From IMG/VR virus record IMGVR_UViG_3300028327_000004, positions 3,713-67,712 of that record: a DNA stretch of 64,000 nt. One strand, given 5' to 3'. Position numbers and translations under genes: made by a program. Origin of the DNA: a virus (Duplodnaviria; Caudoviricetes). A model generated the notes under the pieces. The model did no database searches and was not told the origin of the DNA. It worked only from the letters and a program-made list of their open reading frames with translations. Below, piece after piece: positions 17,836 to 27,576 of the stretch; position 1 is the first letter of the stretch; each line of letters starts with the position of its first letter.

Positions 17836-18282
17836 CTACATTAAAACGCCGCCCTTGTTTTCGGTGCTGATCTGTCCGGTGTCAAACGTCCAGACCCTGT
17901 CGGTGTTCTCCTGGCCATAGCCCCATGTCGGATCTCCGCGTATCCACGCCTGGGGCCAGAACGCGATTGTACCGCCGTTAAGGTCGGTGATTGTTAAAGG
18001 CATCATCGCCCTGCCCGTGAGTTTGTCGGTGTTCCTGATTGTGGAGAGAACCTGGTTTGACAAGCTGGACTGCAGAACCGTAAGGGTAACCTGGCTCGTA
18101 TTGTCCGCGCTCGTCGAACGGATTACTTCGCCGTCAGCTCCTACGGTTTTTTTGTAACCGTCAGCGTCATTCGGGGCGATTTCGACAAAAGTGCCGGCAG
18201 CGTAACCGCCCATGATGTTACCGCCAAAATTGACTACGACTTCTTTCGGATTATAAGTTCCGACCAATGGACTTGCTGGCAT
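17836..18282 (-). CDS. Tail tube protein (DUF3277-like)
   Basis: TYNPKEV, VGADGEVIRS, LQSSLSN motifs; follows sheath. Confidence 0.88.
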   Translation of the reverse strand: MPASPLVGTYNPKEVVVNFGGNIMGGYAAGTFVEIAPNDADGYKKTVGADGEVIRSTSADNTSQVTLTVLQSSLSNQVLSTIRNTDKLTGRAMMPLTITDLNGGTIAFWPQAWIRGDPTWGYGQENTDRVWTFDTGQISTENKGGVLM

Positions 18283-18299
18283 AGTTTATATCCTCCCTA

Positions 18300-19379
18300 C
18301 TACAGCTTTACCACGCCGTTTACTACGGTCGCATGAATAGCGCCGGAAAGTGTGGCAGTAAAATTGATATCCGGGAGAAGCCGTTTCCCCTTCTCGGTGA
18401 TGGGGACATCGGCGGCATCCGGAAATGTTATATCAAAGTCCGCGAGTATTTCGCGCCTTACGCCTTCATCCAGGGCCTGGCGGAGCTGCCCGACAATAAT
18501 CTGTATGCCGGCATTCGTGAACGGAACTTTGTCCAGTTGTACCAGTTTGACAAAAATCAAATTCTGTATACGGGCTTCCAGCCAGTCGCAGCCGTGTATC
18601 ACATCGATGAATTCACCCGCGGCGGTTTTGCCCTCAAACGTCATCGGCACGTCGGCGACACTGAGGTATACGGAAGCGTTTTTGTTTTGCGAGGTAGTGA
18701 ACTCCCCTTCGGTCAAGTCATAAGTGGGGACGGCCTGGAAGTTTTTGAATTTCCATGACGCGCTGCCCGGGTGTTTGGTGAGCATTTTACCAAAGTAGGC
18801 GGCTTCCGGGATCGGATCGATCTGCTTGACTTTGCCTACTTCATCAAGGCCGCAGTCGGGATGATAGAACGTAACAACGCGGTCAAGGTTGTTAAGTTTC
18901 GCCCATGCCGCAATGTCGCCTGTCTCCTCTTTGACAACGGTAGGATCGCCCGTGCCCAAGATACAAAGTTTTTTATTCCCCTGTACCCATTGCGCGACCT
19001 GCTGCTGGTCGATCATCTCCCTCGCGCTCGTGCTGACCGCATAGAAAACGTCGTTTTTTATTTTGATAGCGGTAAGCGCGTCCGCCCATGAAGCGTCAGA
19101 GGCAAGCTTAATGCCGACCCATGCGCGCCCGATGTGGGGGGATTGTGAAAATTGTTTCATAACAGCCCTGTAGACAAACGAATCGGAGGTAAATCCCGCC
19201 CCCAAAACTTCCTCTGGACTGCCGAAAACCCGAATCCGGTTGTCTGCGTTAAACACCGGAGTAATGCCGGTAGGATCAAACGCGTCAACGATGAGATGTT
19301 CCGAAAAACTTTTCATCGATGGCACGGTTGTCTGCCGTGTGATCGTCACATTTACGATCTTGCTTAAAAAGTCAGCCAT
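18300..19379 (-). CDS. Tail sheath protein (DUF3383-like)
   Basis: GSASWKFK, GEFIDVIHGCDWL, KVPFTNAGI motifs. Confidence 0.92.
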   Translation of the reverse strand: MADFLSKIVNVTITRQTTVPSMKSFSEHLIVDAFDPTGITPVFNADNRIRVFGSPEEVLGAGFTSDSFVYRAVMKQFSQSPHIGRAWVGIKLASDASWADALTAIKIKNDVFYAVSTSAREMIDQQQVAQWVQGNKKLCILGTGDPTVVKEETGDIAAWAKLNNLDRVVTFYHPDCGLDEVGKVKQIDPIPEAAYFGKMLTKHPGSASWKFKNFQAVPTYDLTEGEFTTSQNKNASVYLSVADVPMTFEGKTAAGEFIDVIHGCDWLEARIQNLIFVKLVQLDKVPFTNAGIQIIVGQLRQALDEGVRREILADFDITFPDAADVPITEKGKRLLPDINFTATLSGAIHATVVNGVVKL

Positions 19380-19929
19380 TTACTTCCTCCGTCTTTGGCA
19401 TTGTTATATCAATGTCCCCAATGGGTGTTTCGCTCGACATCCTTATGCCGCCGATCCATCCAGGAACATCCGTCACAACCCTAATGAACGTAACAACGAA
19501 ATCAAAAAAAGCGCTGTTTTCAATCTCGTTGCTTTTAGGCGCCGGCGTTTCCATAACGTCCAGCACCTGCGGAATTACCAACCCCGCTTTATACAACATG
19601 GCGGCGTATTTATCTTTGTATACGGACGCCTTAATTGTTTCCAATAAATCAATAGCGCCTTCGCCATAGCCGTACATGGTCATGGCCTTGCGCACAAACT
19701 GGCGGATTTCCTGCACTCCGTCATCTTCCTGCCCTTTCGTCTCTACTGATCCGTAATCGGGCATACCCGGCGTCTGGCTTCCGGTAAACTCAATCGAAAT
19801 GAAAGGCGGCACCGGCCTTGGCCCGTTCTCGTTCCGCCATACAACCGGGTCATTCCTTCCAGTTTCAGCCACAACGGCAGCAGCCCAGTCATACAACGAA
19901 TCTTTCAAATACTGCCGTTCATCGATCAC
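19372..19929 (-). CDS. Neck/tail terminator protein
   Basis: GTG start overlapping upstream TGA; position before sheath. Confidence 0.7.
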   Translation of the reverse strand: MIDERQYLKDSLYDWAAAVVAETGRNDPVVWRNENGPRPVPPFISIEFTGSQTPGMPDYGSVETKGQEDDGVQEIRQFVRKAMTMYGYGEGAIDLLETIKASVYKDKYAAMLYKAGLVIPQVLDVMETPAPKSNEIENSAFFDFVVTFIRVVTDVPGWIGGIRMSSETPIGDIDITMPKTEEVNG

Positions 19930-20282
19930 GTTTTCCCTTCCTTTGCCCTTACCGCGACCAATTCCCAATGAGGGATAATGCCGCATTTCCATGGCCTGAC
20001 AATCAGGACCTCGTAATTTCTGCCTTCCCAAACAATGATGTCGCCGCTTTGCTGTAGTTCCGGCTCTGCCGGGATAAACTTCAAATTGGCGGGGGCAAAT
20101 ACGGTGATAGTTTCGCTGTTGCGCTTCCCTTCCGGAAGCAGTTCCATAACCTTGCCCGACGCCGGCTGCGCCGTACCCTTGAACGGGATATCCTTCGCCG
20201 CCCCTTCCTTCCATTGCCCCTTAACGTAAACGCCCGGTTCGCGGGTTTTCTGGACCAAGTCCATCGTTCTAAACACGCTCAT
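19926..20282 (-). CDS. Head-closure/adaptor protein
   Basis: PGVYVKGQW..G, QPASG..LLPEG motifs. Confidence 0.78.
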   Translation of the reverse strand: MSVFRTMDLVQKTREPGVYVKGQWKEGAAKDIPFKGTAQPASGKVMELLPEGKRNSETITVFAPANLKFIPAEPELQQSGDIIVWEGRNYEVLIVRPWKCGIIPHWELVAVRAKEGKT

Positions 20283-20749
20283 TTCTTTATCACTTCGTAC
20301 CTGACGCTGTTCCGCATTGTTCCGGTGTCGATAAGCGGCCGGCTGCTTCCTTTCTGCTTTACGGTAGATTCGGAGTTAGGTGTAAACGCGCCCGATATGA
20401 TGTACCTCTTAATTCCGTCCTGGGCAAACTGCCCAAGCCTTTTAATCGCGGTACTTGCAGTTAACCTGCCCCCCGCTACCAGATCATAAAGTTTGTCAAT
20501 GGTCTGCTTTATCTCCTCCCCGTGGTTTTCAACCCAGCCGCGGATAAAAGGCCGCGGCGGTATCCGCCATTTCTTTTTTTTGCCCGGAACCCCGAACTCG
20601 TTCCAGGCCGCGTAATCGGCGATAGAAACACCGTCAACATTTCCGGAACCTTCAACTATCCCGGCTTTCACGCCCATGTGTTTGAAGGCCTCTATTTCTT
20701 TCCGGATGGAATCCATCCCGAAATCGGTGTCCTTTACGCCTTTGCTCAT
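20279..20749 (-). CDS. Neck protein (HK97 gp10-like)
   Basis: AAWNEFG, IPPRPFIR, PLIDTGTMRNSV motifs. Confidence 0.82.
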   Translation of the reverse strand: MSKGVKDTDFGMDSIRKEIEAFKHMGVKAGIVEGSGNVDGVSIADYAAWNEFGVPGKKKKWRIPPRPFIRGWVENHGEEIKQTIDKLYDLVAGGRLTASTAIKRLGQFAQDGIKRYIISGAFTPNSESTVKQKGSSRPLIDTGTMRNSVRYEVIKK

Positions 20750-20919
20750 TTCTTCGGGGCTTCCCCTTCGATTACCAGCGCTTTCTTCGCGATGAGTTCC
20801 TTGCCCCAGGGATCGGCGGTGATCTTTTTTACATCCTCAGGCGATAATTCGCCGCCCTTCGGATTTATTTTCACGCCGCCAACGGTTTGCGCCTGGCTTA
20901 CCTTTGTCGAATATTTCAT
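20746..20919 (-). CDS. Small hypothetical protein (57 aa, not in ORF track)
   Basis: GGAGG RBS, ATG 20919, ATGA overlaps at both ends. Confidence 0.7.
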   Translation of the reverse strand: MKYSTKVSQAQTVGGVKINPKGGELSPEDVKKITADPWGKELIAKKALVIEGEAPKK

Positions 20920-21299
20920 ATCAATCCTCCAAATCGATTTACGCCCATTTTCGGCCTGCCTTTTTTCAGCGTCATGAGCATTTTTCCGTACTTCGTATTT
21001 GCCAAATCGGTTTCGTGTGCCGCGCTTTGCGCGAATGAAACTGATATACCGCCCTCCGACATCGAGGTTATCGGGGCGCCCCCTCCCAGTTGCTGTAATG
21101 AATCAACGGTGCCGGAACTGCCCCCTTCAAACAGGGTGAATAAATGCGCCGCCGTGTAAGCGAGTGCCTGGTTATATACAACGCCAAAAAAGTCCCGGCT
21201 CGTAATCTCTACCGCCATTCCGAGGTAAACCTGCAGGGATGGACTGCCGGATAACTCCGGGCAGATGGTTTTGATTATTTGCTCGGGACTCATAGACAT
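20916..21299 (-). CDS. Head-tail connector (DUF4054-like)
   Basis: AYTAAHL, SMSEGGISVSF, TKYG motifs. Confidence 0.82.
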   Translation of the reverse strand: MSMSPEQIIKTICPELSGSPSLQVYLGMAVEITSRDFFGVVYNQALAYTAAHLFTLFEGGSSGTVDSLQQLGGGAPITSMSEGGISVSFAQSAAHETDLANTKYGKMLMTLKKGRPKMGVNRFGGLI

Positions 21300-21301
21300 G
21301 G

Positions 21302-21898
21302 TTACTTCGCCTCGGCTGCTTTAATGGCGGCGATGATTTCCGCCTTGTTGCCCGAAACGGTGATGTTCTTTTCGGCGGCATAAGTTTTCAGCTCTTCGAC
21401 CGTCATGTCGTCAAGGTTTTTCCCGCCGTCCCCCGATTCGGAGTTTTCGTCATCGTCACCTGCAAGGCCGGGAATAAACTTCGGAATATCAATCTTGAGT
21501 TCCTTCATTTTTTCCACAATGGCCAGGCGGATTTCGTCCCGGGTTTCTTCCTTGTGCCATTTGGCAAGCGTATCGGGGTTGACGCATTCGCCTACCAGAA
21601 TGATGGCGTCCTTCGCCGGCATATTTTTCAGGTTATGCGCTTTTCCGCCGCTGGGGTTGGTTTTACTCTTTGCGACTTCTTTCTCGATAACGGATATGTC
21701 GCCGTTTTTGATTTCACGCGAAAGGTGAAGCTTCATAACTTCCCATTCGTTATCCGTAACCTCGTTTACGCCCGGCAGCAACTGTACCTGGGGGCGGTCG
21801 ATCTTGAGCTTCTTTGTTTCCGGCGTGGTCGGAATAAGGGGAACACATTTAATGTGCTCGTGTTTTGGTTTGTACCTTAAAAGCATTTTTGCATCCAT
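21302..21898 (-). CDS. Head-associated protein with C-terminal Rho-N/HeH-like domain
   Basis: LDDMTVEELKTYA..KAEIIAAI; follows major capsid. Confidence 0.7.
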   Translation of the reverse strand: MDAKMLLRYKPKHEHIKCVPLIPTTPETKKLKIDRPQVQLLPGVNEVTDNEWEVMKLHLSREIKNGDISVIEKEVAKSKTNPSGGKAHNLKNMPAKDAIILVGECVNPDTLAKWHKEETRDEIRLAIVEKMKELKIDIPKFIPGLAGDDDENSESGDGGKNLDDMTVEELKTYAAEKNITVSGNKAEIIAAIKAAEAK

Positions 21899-21914
21899 CC
21901 TACAAAAAGAGTTA

Positions 21915-21934
21915 CCCCCTCCATACAGAGGGGG
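21915..21934 (-). terminator. Stem-loop after the capsid gene
   Basis: CCCCCTC/GAGGGGG stem followed by CTCTTTTT. Confidence 0.55.
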
Positions 21935-21946
21935 CTTGGGTCGGTT

Positions 21947-22897
21947 TTATACCCCGTCCGCATACGCGATGGTCATCGGATAATACACGATGACGCCGGC
22001 AGTGCGGCTGTGGCAGGGAATAGAAAACTCCATCCCTTCCTGAACGGGATCAAACTGCTCAAAGGGCTGCGGCAATTCCAGCGTCAATTGTTCCTCGGTG
22101 AACTTGCCGACCATTACGCGGTCCGTTTTCCCTTCGCCGATTCCCGACAGTTCCGTCAGCCACTCGATCCGTTTGATTGTCGGGTTGTTTTTCAAGATGT
22201 ACTGGAGCAGCGTGGTTTCATTGTCGCCCAGGCGCTTGTTGGCCAGGAAGTTGTACGCCTGCATGGGCAGGAATATGGTGTCCGGGACCTCGCGGCCGAA
22301 TGTGGGGATCATAACGGCGTCTGTGAGGATATTGAAATCCCGCAGAACCTGATCCTCGGTCTTATCCCTGAACCTGGTAGAACCGCCAACGCCGTCTGCC
22401 GGCAGTGTCGTCTCGGTTATGCCGGGATATTTCAAAAGCCCGGGGACCTTGTGTTCGGGATCGCCGCGGAAAGCGATGTCGTTCACCTTCTCGTCATTGG
22501 CGCGCCTTGCGGTAGCGGCACGGCGCGAATCAAGGTTTGATCCGGGAACCATCGCGGCGGTACGGATTTCCATGATGTTGTAGCCGTAGCTCGTACCAAC
22601 GCTGTGGACGTTGACCGATTCCTCAACGCCGTAGACGTCCACACGGGGGAAATCATGCGCGTAATCGGAAATGATTTTCGCAAAGCCCACGCCTGTAAAG
22701 CGCCGATAGGTTATGACGCGCGCGCCGGGGCCGGCGTCCGTATTTATCGGGATGTACAGCAAGGCTTTCAGCTCTTTAGGTTTGGCGTCATAAGTCTTTG
22801 ACTTTATGTGCTCTACCTCTCTGGCAAAGAAAATGGATTCCCCTTTGTCTAACCGCATGGGGTCTTTACCGCTTTGGTGAATTTTGGTGATTGCCAT
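21947..22897 (-). CDS. Major capsid protein (DUF2184/linocin-like)
   Basis: 316 aa; GLLKYPG, RTAGVIVYYP motifs. Confidence 0.92.
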   Translation of the reverse strand: MAITKIHQSGKDPMRLDKGESIFFAREVEHIKSKTYDAKPKELKALLYIPINTDAGPGARVITYRRFTGVGFAKIISDYAHDFPRVDVYGVEESVNVHSVGTSYGYNIMEIRTAAMVPGSNLDSRRAATARRANDEKVNDIAFRGDPEHKVPGLLKYPGITETTLPADGVGGSTRFRDKTEDQVLRDFNILTDAVMIPTFGREVPDTIFLPMQAYNFLANKRLGDNETTLLQYILKNNPTIKRIEWLTELSGIGEGKTDRVMVGKFTEEQLTLELPQPFEQFDPVQEGMEFSIPCHSRTAGVIVYYPMTIAYADGV

Positions 22898-22907
22898 TTT
22901 TTACTCC

Positions 22908-23651
22908 TTATTTCATGCCCCTGACTTCAATCAGGGCCAGATTTCCGCTGATACGGTCGCTTCTGAAGAAGCAGCCGCAATCAAAGTTGCCCGCGGCAAC
23001 GTCCGTAAACTTCCCGGCGTCATCTCCGGACATAATGACATATGCCGGCTTCTTGTCATCGGGGTTTGCCGCGTCTGCGACCGGGACAAAGATTTTTCCC
23101 CTTGCCATAACGCTTACGGATACGCCATGCGGATAATATCCGACTTTTTCCGCGTACCCCAACTGCGCGAACCTGGCAACGCCCATAAACCTCATCGCGC
23201 TGTATGCGGATGAGGAGAAAGTGGGCCGTGTGGCGCCGCCAGTTACAACCACGGAGGCCGTAATACTGACGCCGGGTCCCTGCAGGACAAAAGCGAGAGG
23301 GGAACCTTCGAGGAAAAACGCGTCAATGCCCAGGGCGCGTATTTCGACGCTCCTGTCAATTTCATTGACAATTTTTCTGATTGTGTTTTCCGACGTGTCC
23401 TCAAAAGTAATTCCGCTGATTGTGATTCCGTTGACGGTAACCGCGATGACGTTACCCGTAACCAGCGCCGCGGAGGCGGTAAGTATGACCGCGCTCAGGC
23501 GGGCGCGGTAACCGACTTTCTCATCGCCGACCATGCCGAACACGGGATCGCCGGGATAAATGTTTTCGCCGGCAGCCAGGGATTCGGTTTCGTCATGAAT
23601 ACCGTACTTCAATCCGGGAAGGGCGCCGTCAATGTTATCGTATATGTTCAT
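22908..23651 (-). CDS. Capsid cement/decoration protein
   Basis: VSVMARGKIFV motif; precedes capsid gene. Confidence 0.75.
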   Translation of the reverse strand: MNIYDNIDGALPGLKYGIHDETESLAAGENIYPGDPVFGMVGDEKVGYRARLSAVILTASAALVTGNVIAVTVNGITISGITFEDTSENTIRKIVNEIDRSVEIRALGIDAFFLEGSPLAFVLQGPGVSITASVVVTGGATRPTFSSSAYSAMRFMGVARFAQLGYAEKVGYYPHGVSVSVMARGKIFVPVADAANPDDKKPAYVIMSGDDAGKFTDVAAGNFDCGCFFRSDRISGNLALIEVRGMK

Positions 23652-23653
23652 AA

Positions 23654-24925
23654 CTATTTCGCCTCCGTTTTCTCGCCCCGGCTCTGGGCAAGCATGCGGT
23701 CAATCATCTTCTGCCGTGAGGAAGACGAATCGTTGCGATCCGCTTTCTCTACCGCGGGCAAACCGCTTCCCGCGCCGGCCAGCACCTCGCGGCTCTCTCC
23801 GTCCGCCAGGGAATCCAGGTCCTCAACAGCGGCGTCGAACCGGGCGGCGATGTAGACTTCATCCTTGCCGTCAAGTTTTACGTTCGGATAAACCGCCGCG
23901 ATAACCGCTTTCTTAATGTCGATGTCGGCCATGTCCTCTTTGACCTCGACGCCCGCCCTGCCGGCGGCGTCAATCAACATCAGCTTGGCGTTGACCGCTT
24001 CTTTGATCTTTTTGGGATCAGCGGCCGCGTCCTTCGCTTCCTTGAGTTCTTTCTCCGCTTTGTCCGCGCGATCTTTCATGGCGTCCCTTTCCCCCTCAAG
24101 GGTAGAAACCGCCTTTGAATGATCGGTTTTCAACTGCGTGAGATCCGTTTCGGCTTTGTCGGCGCGGTTCTTTTGCTCCTGATACGCAACAACGAGTCTT
24201 TCCTCGCCTTCGTATTCAACGCCGTCCAGTTTGATCTTCTTCATTCCCATAGTCTGATCCTCCGGGTTGGTTTTTGGGCTTGCGCCCGTATATATCTGGA
24301 CAGCATCGTCCGCGCCGTCCATGCGAATCCTTGCAGCGTCCCCGGCCCTCGCTCTGTCCACTATTGCGCAGTGGTTGTAACGAATGTTCCTTTGGATGCC
24401 GTCATAGGCGATACCGCACCAAGTCGCGCCGGCCTCTGCCGGCTCATAATCGCAGGTGTAGCCCATGGAGAGGGCTCTTTTCCCCGATTCAATATCCGCT
24501 ATGGCCGCAGCGTCAGTGATTGTCATGTCGATTGCGACATGGAAACCGTCCGAACCGTCATAGCCGCGGCCTTCAATTTCGGAGCTGTGTGTCGAACCCC
24601 ATCCGTCAATGTAACTGGACGGATTGTTCCCCAGGCTGCCCACTTGATATTCTTTAATGTTTTCAGCAGTGACCTTTTCATTCGGGTGATCGTTTGTTAT
24701 GGGCTTGAGCTTCATCGATTCAAGGCAGTCCCTTAAAAACACTTCTTCGGGGATACGCAGTTCCCGGGTAACCGTGTTATCAGCATTAAGGTATGAAAAA
24801 ACGCCCACGCTGGTAACAATCGCCCGACCGATTAAAAAACCTTCATCGGTTTTCTTGAACGGCGTGGTCATCCATTTGCCGGGATCAACGCTGTCAATTC
24901 GGTTTACCTTTTTCATCTCTGCCAT
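23654..24925 (-). CDS. Prohead protease/scaffold (DUF2213-like)
   Basis: PITNDHP, LSMGY, NHCAIVDRARAG motifs plus coiled-coil tail. Confidence 0.88.
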   Translation of the reverse strand: MAEMKKVNRIDSVDPGKWMTTPFKKTDEGFLIGRAIVTSVGVFSYLNADNTVTRELRIPEEVFLRDCLESMKLKPITNDHPNEKVTAENIKEYQVGSLGNNPSSYIDGWGSTHSSEIEGRGYDGSDGFHVAIDMTITDAAAIADIESGKRALSMGYTCDYEPAEAGATWCGIAYDGIQRNIRYNHCAIVDRARAGDAARIRMDGADDAVQIYTGASPKTNPEDQTMGMKKIKLDGVEYEGEERLVVAYQEQKNRADKAETDLTQLKTDHSKAVSTLEGERDAMKDRADKAEKELKEAKDAAADPKKIKEAVNAKLMLIDAAGRAGVEVKEDMADIDIKKAVIAAVYPNVKLDGKDEVYIAARFDAAVEDLDSLADGESREVLAGAGSGLPAVEKADRNDSSSSRQKMIDRMLAQSRGEKTEAK

Positions 24926-24950
24926 TCGTCACTCCGTATTGGCCGGAAAA

Positions 24951-25075
24951 TAAAAAAAGCCAGCAGAGATTGAAGGAGGATAGAATCCTTGCCCAATTTC
25001 TGCTGGCTCCGCTTTTCGGTCTGCCAAAATATATTGTCTACTCTGGTTATAAACCCATAGTCATAGATCTGTCAA
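24951..25075 (-). promoter_or_regulatory. Promoter-leader-intrinsic terminator unit B
   Basis: TTGACA(25070-25075)-N18-TATAAC; same 13-mer at 25008-25020; AGCCAGCAG/CTGCTGGCT stem plus U7. Confidence 0.7.
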
Positions 25076-25085
25076 GTATTATTTT

Positions 25086-25283
25086 TCAAATTTTATCTTT
25101 TAGGAATCTTGGGAAGCCGCCCGGGACGGTAGGGATGCTTTCCCTGTACCGTTCCCTCTTTTCCGTGATAATGTCCACAACCTTCGCGTTTTCCTGCCCT
25201 GATATCGAAATGGTGATTTTCCCGTAATCGATATCCTGGGCCGCTAAAACAACCTCGTCAACGAGTTCCTTCGTAAAATCCAT
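25086..25283 (-). CDS. Small protein, DUF2292-like
   Basis: DYGKITISI..KVVDIITEKRER pattern; GGAGG RBS. Confidence 0.55.
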   Translation of the reverse strand: MDFTKELVDEVVLAAQDIDYGKITISISGQENAKVVDIITEKRERYRESIPTVPGGFPRFLKDKI

Positions 25284-25332
25284 TATACATACCCTCCCAA
25301 ACCTCCATTTAGAAAAAGATATGTTCGCGCCC

Positions 25333-27285
25333 CTACTGGGCTTTGTTTACCTCTTTTAATTGTTCCGGCGTCATCGGGCTGTCGGAACGCACAACGATTC
25401 CGCTGTCTTTCATGACAAAAAACTGAATCGCGTAATCCAAATCCAGCGGCACTTTGGTCGAATGCGGATACACGACAAAACTATAGCATTCCGGCGTTTC
25501 GCTGTAAATATCGCCGATCTGGAAGCTCCATGTTTCATTAGTATGGGCATTTGTCCATGACGCGACGAGATGGCTGTTTTTCAGCGTTTCATAGGCTTTT
25601 TCTTTGGTCATCGTATTGTCCATATATAGTATATCGGCAGAATCCATACGGTCAACCTTCCTCTTTGCGTCATAGGCGGTGACTACTTTTGTAAAATCTA
25701 CCTTGGGATTGAGGATGGCGTCGTCTATCCTGAAAAAATGCAAATCCATCTTGCCGTCTTTTTCATTTACGCGGATCCTGTCCAAATAACTTTCAACTGT
25801 GGGGCCCGAACTGTTAATTTGGGGGTCAATAAACTTTATGCCGTTATTCATCCTTTCGGCTATATAGATATGGCCGTATTCGCCGCTGTCATCGGAGAAT
25901 TTCTGGAAAACGGCGAACCGCGCCCCGTCCCCGAACCTCATAAGCCTTGAAACAAGCTGATCCCTGCCTTCCGGCGCCCTTTCCATCCTGCGGCTGACAA
26001 AACACTCATAACCGTTTTTTATCGGATCGTTTTTCCTGTTTAACGGGGCCGGCATCGCGGTAACCGTATACCCGCGCCTTTGGAGCTCATACGCGACTAC
26101 GCTCCTCTGGCAATTGTTTTTATAGCCGGGGGTTTTGTAATCGTTGTGTATATTCGCGTTTCGTTTTGACGAGATCCAGCCATTCGCGTCTTCCTGTGTT
26201 ATGCCTAACTGCGTTTCTATCAGCGGCGACCTTAATCCGCGTTCTGGCGGATCTTCCGTTTCGGACGTGTCGCTTCCGGAAGGTTCGGCGTCGGAGGCGC
26301 CGGCGACGTACCCTTCCATTTCGTCTATTTCCCGGTCCACCTCATCGATTAGCTCATCCCAGTATGACAGCGCGGTACACCGGCATTGGATGTCCTGCCC
26401 TGGGTGTTCCTGCGCCCAGTCTGCCGGCCGCGGCTTCCATGTTTTCCCGCCGTCATCAGAATAAACCGTTGGATCGTCCCATCGGCAGATCACGCCTTCC
26501 AGATCCGCATGGGAATCGCGCACCCTTTCATCCGCGACCGTTGACCATTCGTACATTTCAAGGCCTACCGCCTGCATGCGCGCCTGTGTAATCTGGCCGT
26601 TAAGCTTTCCTATCTGATCCCTGGCGATGAGGTTTACCCGGGAGGCTTCTATTTTTTTATTTATTTTGTGAATGGCCTTTGCAAGCTGCCCCGGAGACAA
26701 TCCGTTGATGATCGCTTTTTCCGCGGCGCGGTTTACCTGTTTTATGTAATCCCTGCTTACGTCCTGGATGAGCATATAATTTTCTTCCTGCCAGGCTTCC
26801 TTCATTCCAGGCCACCAGCTCTCATATACCGGGAACTCCACGCCCAGTTCCGCTTTGGCCGCCTTATTCCATTGTTCGCTGTTGAAATTGGCCAATGAAT
26901 TAGCGATGTTCCCCAGCCCCATAAAAACTATCGGCGGAGCATCCCGCGTTCCGCTTTCCTTAATCGGCGGCAAATAAGTCGAATACCAGCCGTTAAGGGA
27001 TCGCACCATGCGGCGGTATGAACCGCCCGGTATTTCATCCTGTCTCATAAGGGCGGCGGAGTCGCCGCGGAGAATCGCCTCGGAATTATTTTTAATATAA
27101 GTATTGACATAATCCTGCATGGGCTTGATCCACGCGCGGATCGCTTTCGCGTAATGCTTTTCGGTAGCCCAGGGGTACAACCAGCGCGTTCTTTTCCGGG
27201 GCTTCCCTCTGGCGGCCCTTCCCATTTTTACGCGTCTGGCAAACAGGGCGGCTTTAAGCCCTATACGTCCGGAAGTAGATATCAT
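25333..27285 (-). CDS. MuF minor head protein with papain-fold (Tox-PL-like) toxin domain and fused C-terminal module
   Basis: MuF motifs ARDQIGKLN, DERVRDSH, HPGQDIQCRC; toxin triad NNC / GH / IDPQ; extra 92 aa tail. Confidence 0.88.
   Translation of the reverse strand: MISTSGRIGLKAALFARRVKMGRAARGKPRKRTRWLYPWATEKHYAKAIRAWIKPMQDYVNTYIKNNSEAILRGDSAALMRQDEIPGGSYRRMVRSLNGWYSTYLPPIKESGTRDAPPIVFMGLGNIANSLANFNSEQWNKAAKAELGVEFPVYESWWPGMKEAWQEENYMLIQDVSRDYIKQVNRAAEKAIINGLSPGQLAKAIHKINKKIEASRVNLIARDQIGKLNGQITQARMQAVGLEMYEWSTVADERVRDSHADLEGVICRWDDPTVYSDDGGKTWKPRPADWAQEHPGQDIQCRCTALSYWDELIDEVDREIDEMEGYVAGASDAEPSGSDTSETEDPPERGLRSPLIETQLGITQEDANGWISSKRNANIHNDYKTPGYKNNCQRSVVAYELQRRGYTVTAMPAPLNRKNDPIKNGYECFVSRRMERAPEGRDQLVSRLMRFGDGARFAVFQKFSDDSGEYGHIYIAERMNNGIKFIDPQINSSGPTVESYLDRIRVNEKDGKMDLHFFRIDDAILNPKVDFTKVVTAYDAKRKVDRMDSADILYMDNTMTKEKAYETLKNSHLVASWTNAHTNETWSFQIGDIYSETPECYSFVVYPHSTKVPLDLDYAIQFFVMKDSGIVVRSDSPMTPEQLKEVNKAQ
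25628..25655 (-). promoter_or_regulatory. Internal sigma70-like promoter inside the MuF ORF
   Basis: TTGACC-N16-TATACT just upstream of in-frame ATGs at 25623 and 25611. Confidence 0.6.
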
Positions 27286-27290
27286 CTTTT

Positions 27291-27569
27291 CTAAATAATT
27301 CCTTTATTGTTTTTTTCATTCCTCTTGGCTAGTAAAGTTTGAGAGATTTTGAATCTTGTTTCCTCCGACAGCGGCCCCCTTTTCTTATAAGGCGCTTTTC
27401 TGTTATAAGGGCGCTTTTCAACATCGACGGGTACAGGTTCCCTGAACGAAATGTTTTTTTTATTCCCGTATGCCATTTCGTTTAAGTTTCCCCACTTCAC
27501 AATGCCGAATGTAAGGGGCTCGTAACCCCTTAATAAAGGTTTACGCTTTTCTAAAATCAATTCCGCCAT
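27291..27569 (-). CDS. Small protein with NUMOD3-like motif
   Basis: LSEETRFKISQTL; start MAELIL after the YchJ-like gene. Confidence 0.45.
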   Translation of the reverse strand: MAELILEKRKPLLRGYEPLTFGIVKWGNLNEMAYGNKKNISFREPVPVDVEKRPYNRKAPYKKRGPLSEETRFKISQTLLAKRNEKNNKGII

Positions 27570-27576
27570 ATTCAAT

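Noticed and set aside
19930-20214. N-terminal extension of the 280-aa ORF 19372-20214
   Set aside because: Overlaps the head-closure gene in another frame; a GTG start at 19929 coupled to the upstream stop is more plausible
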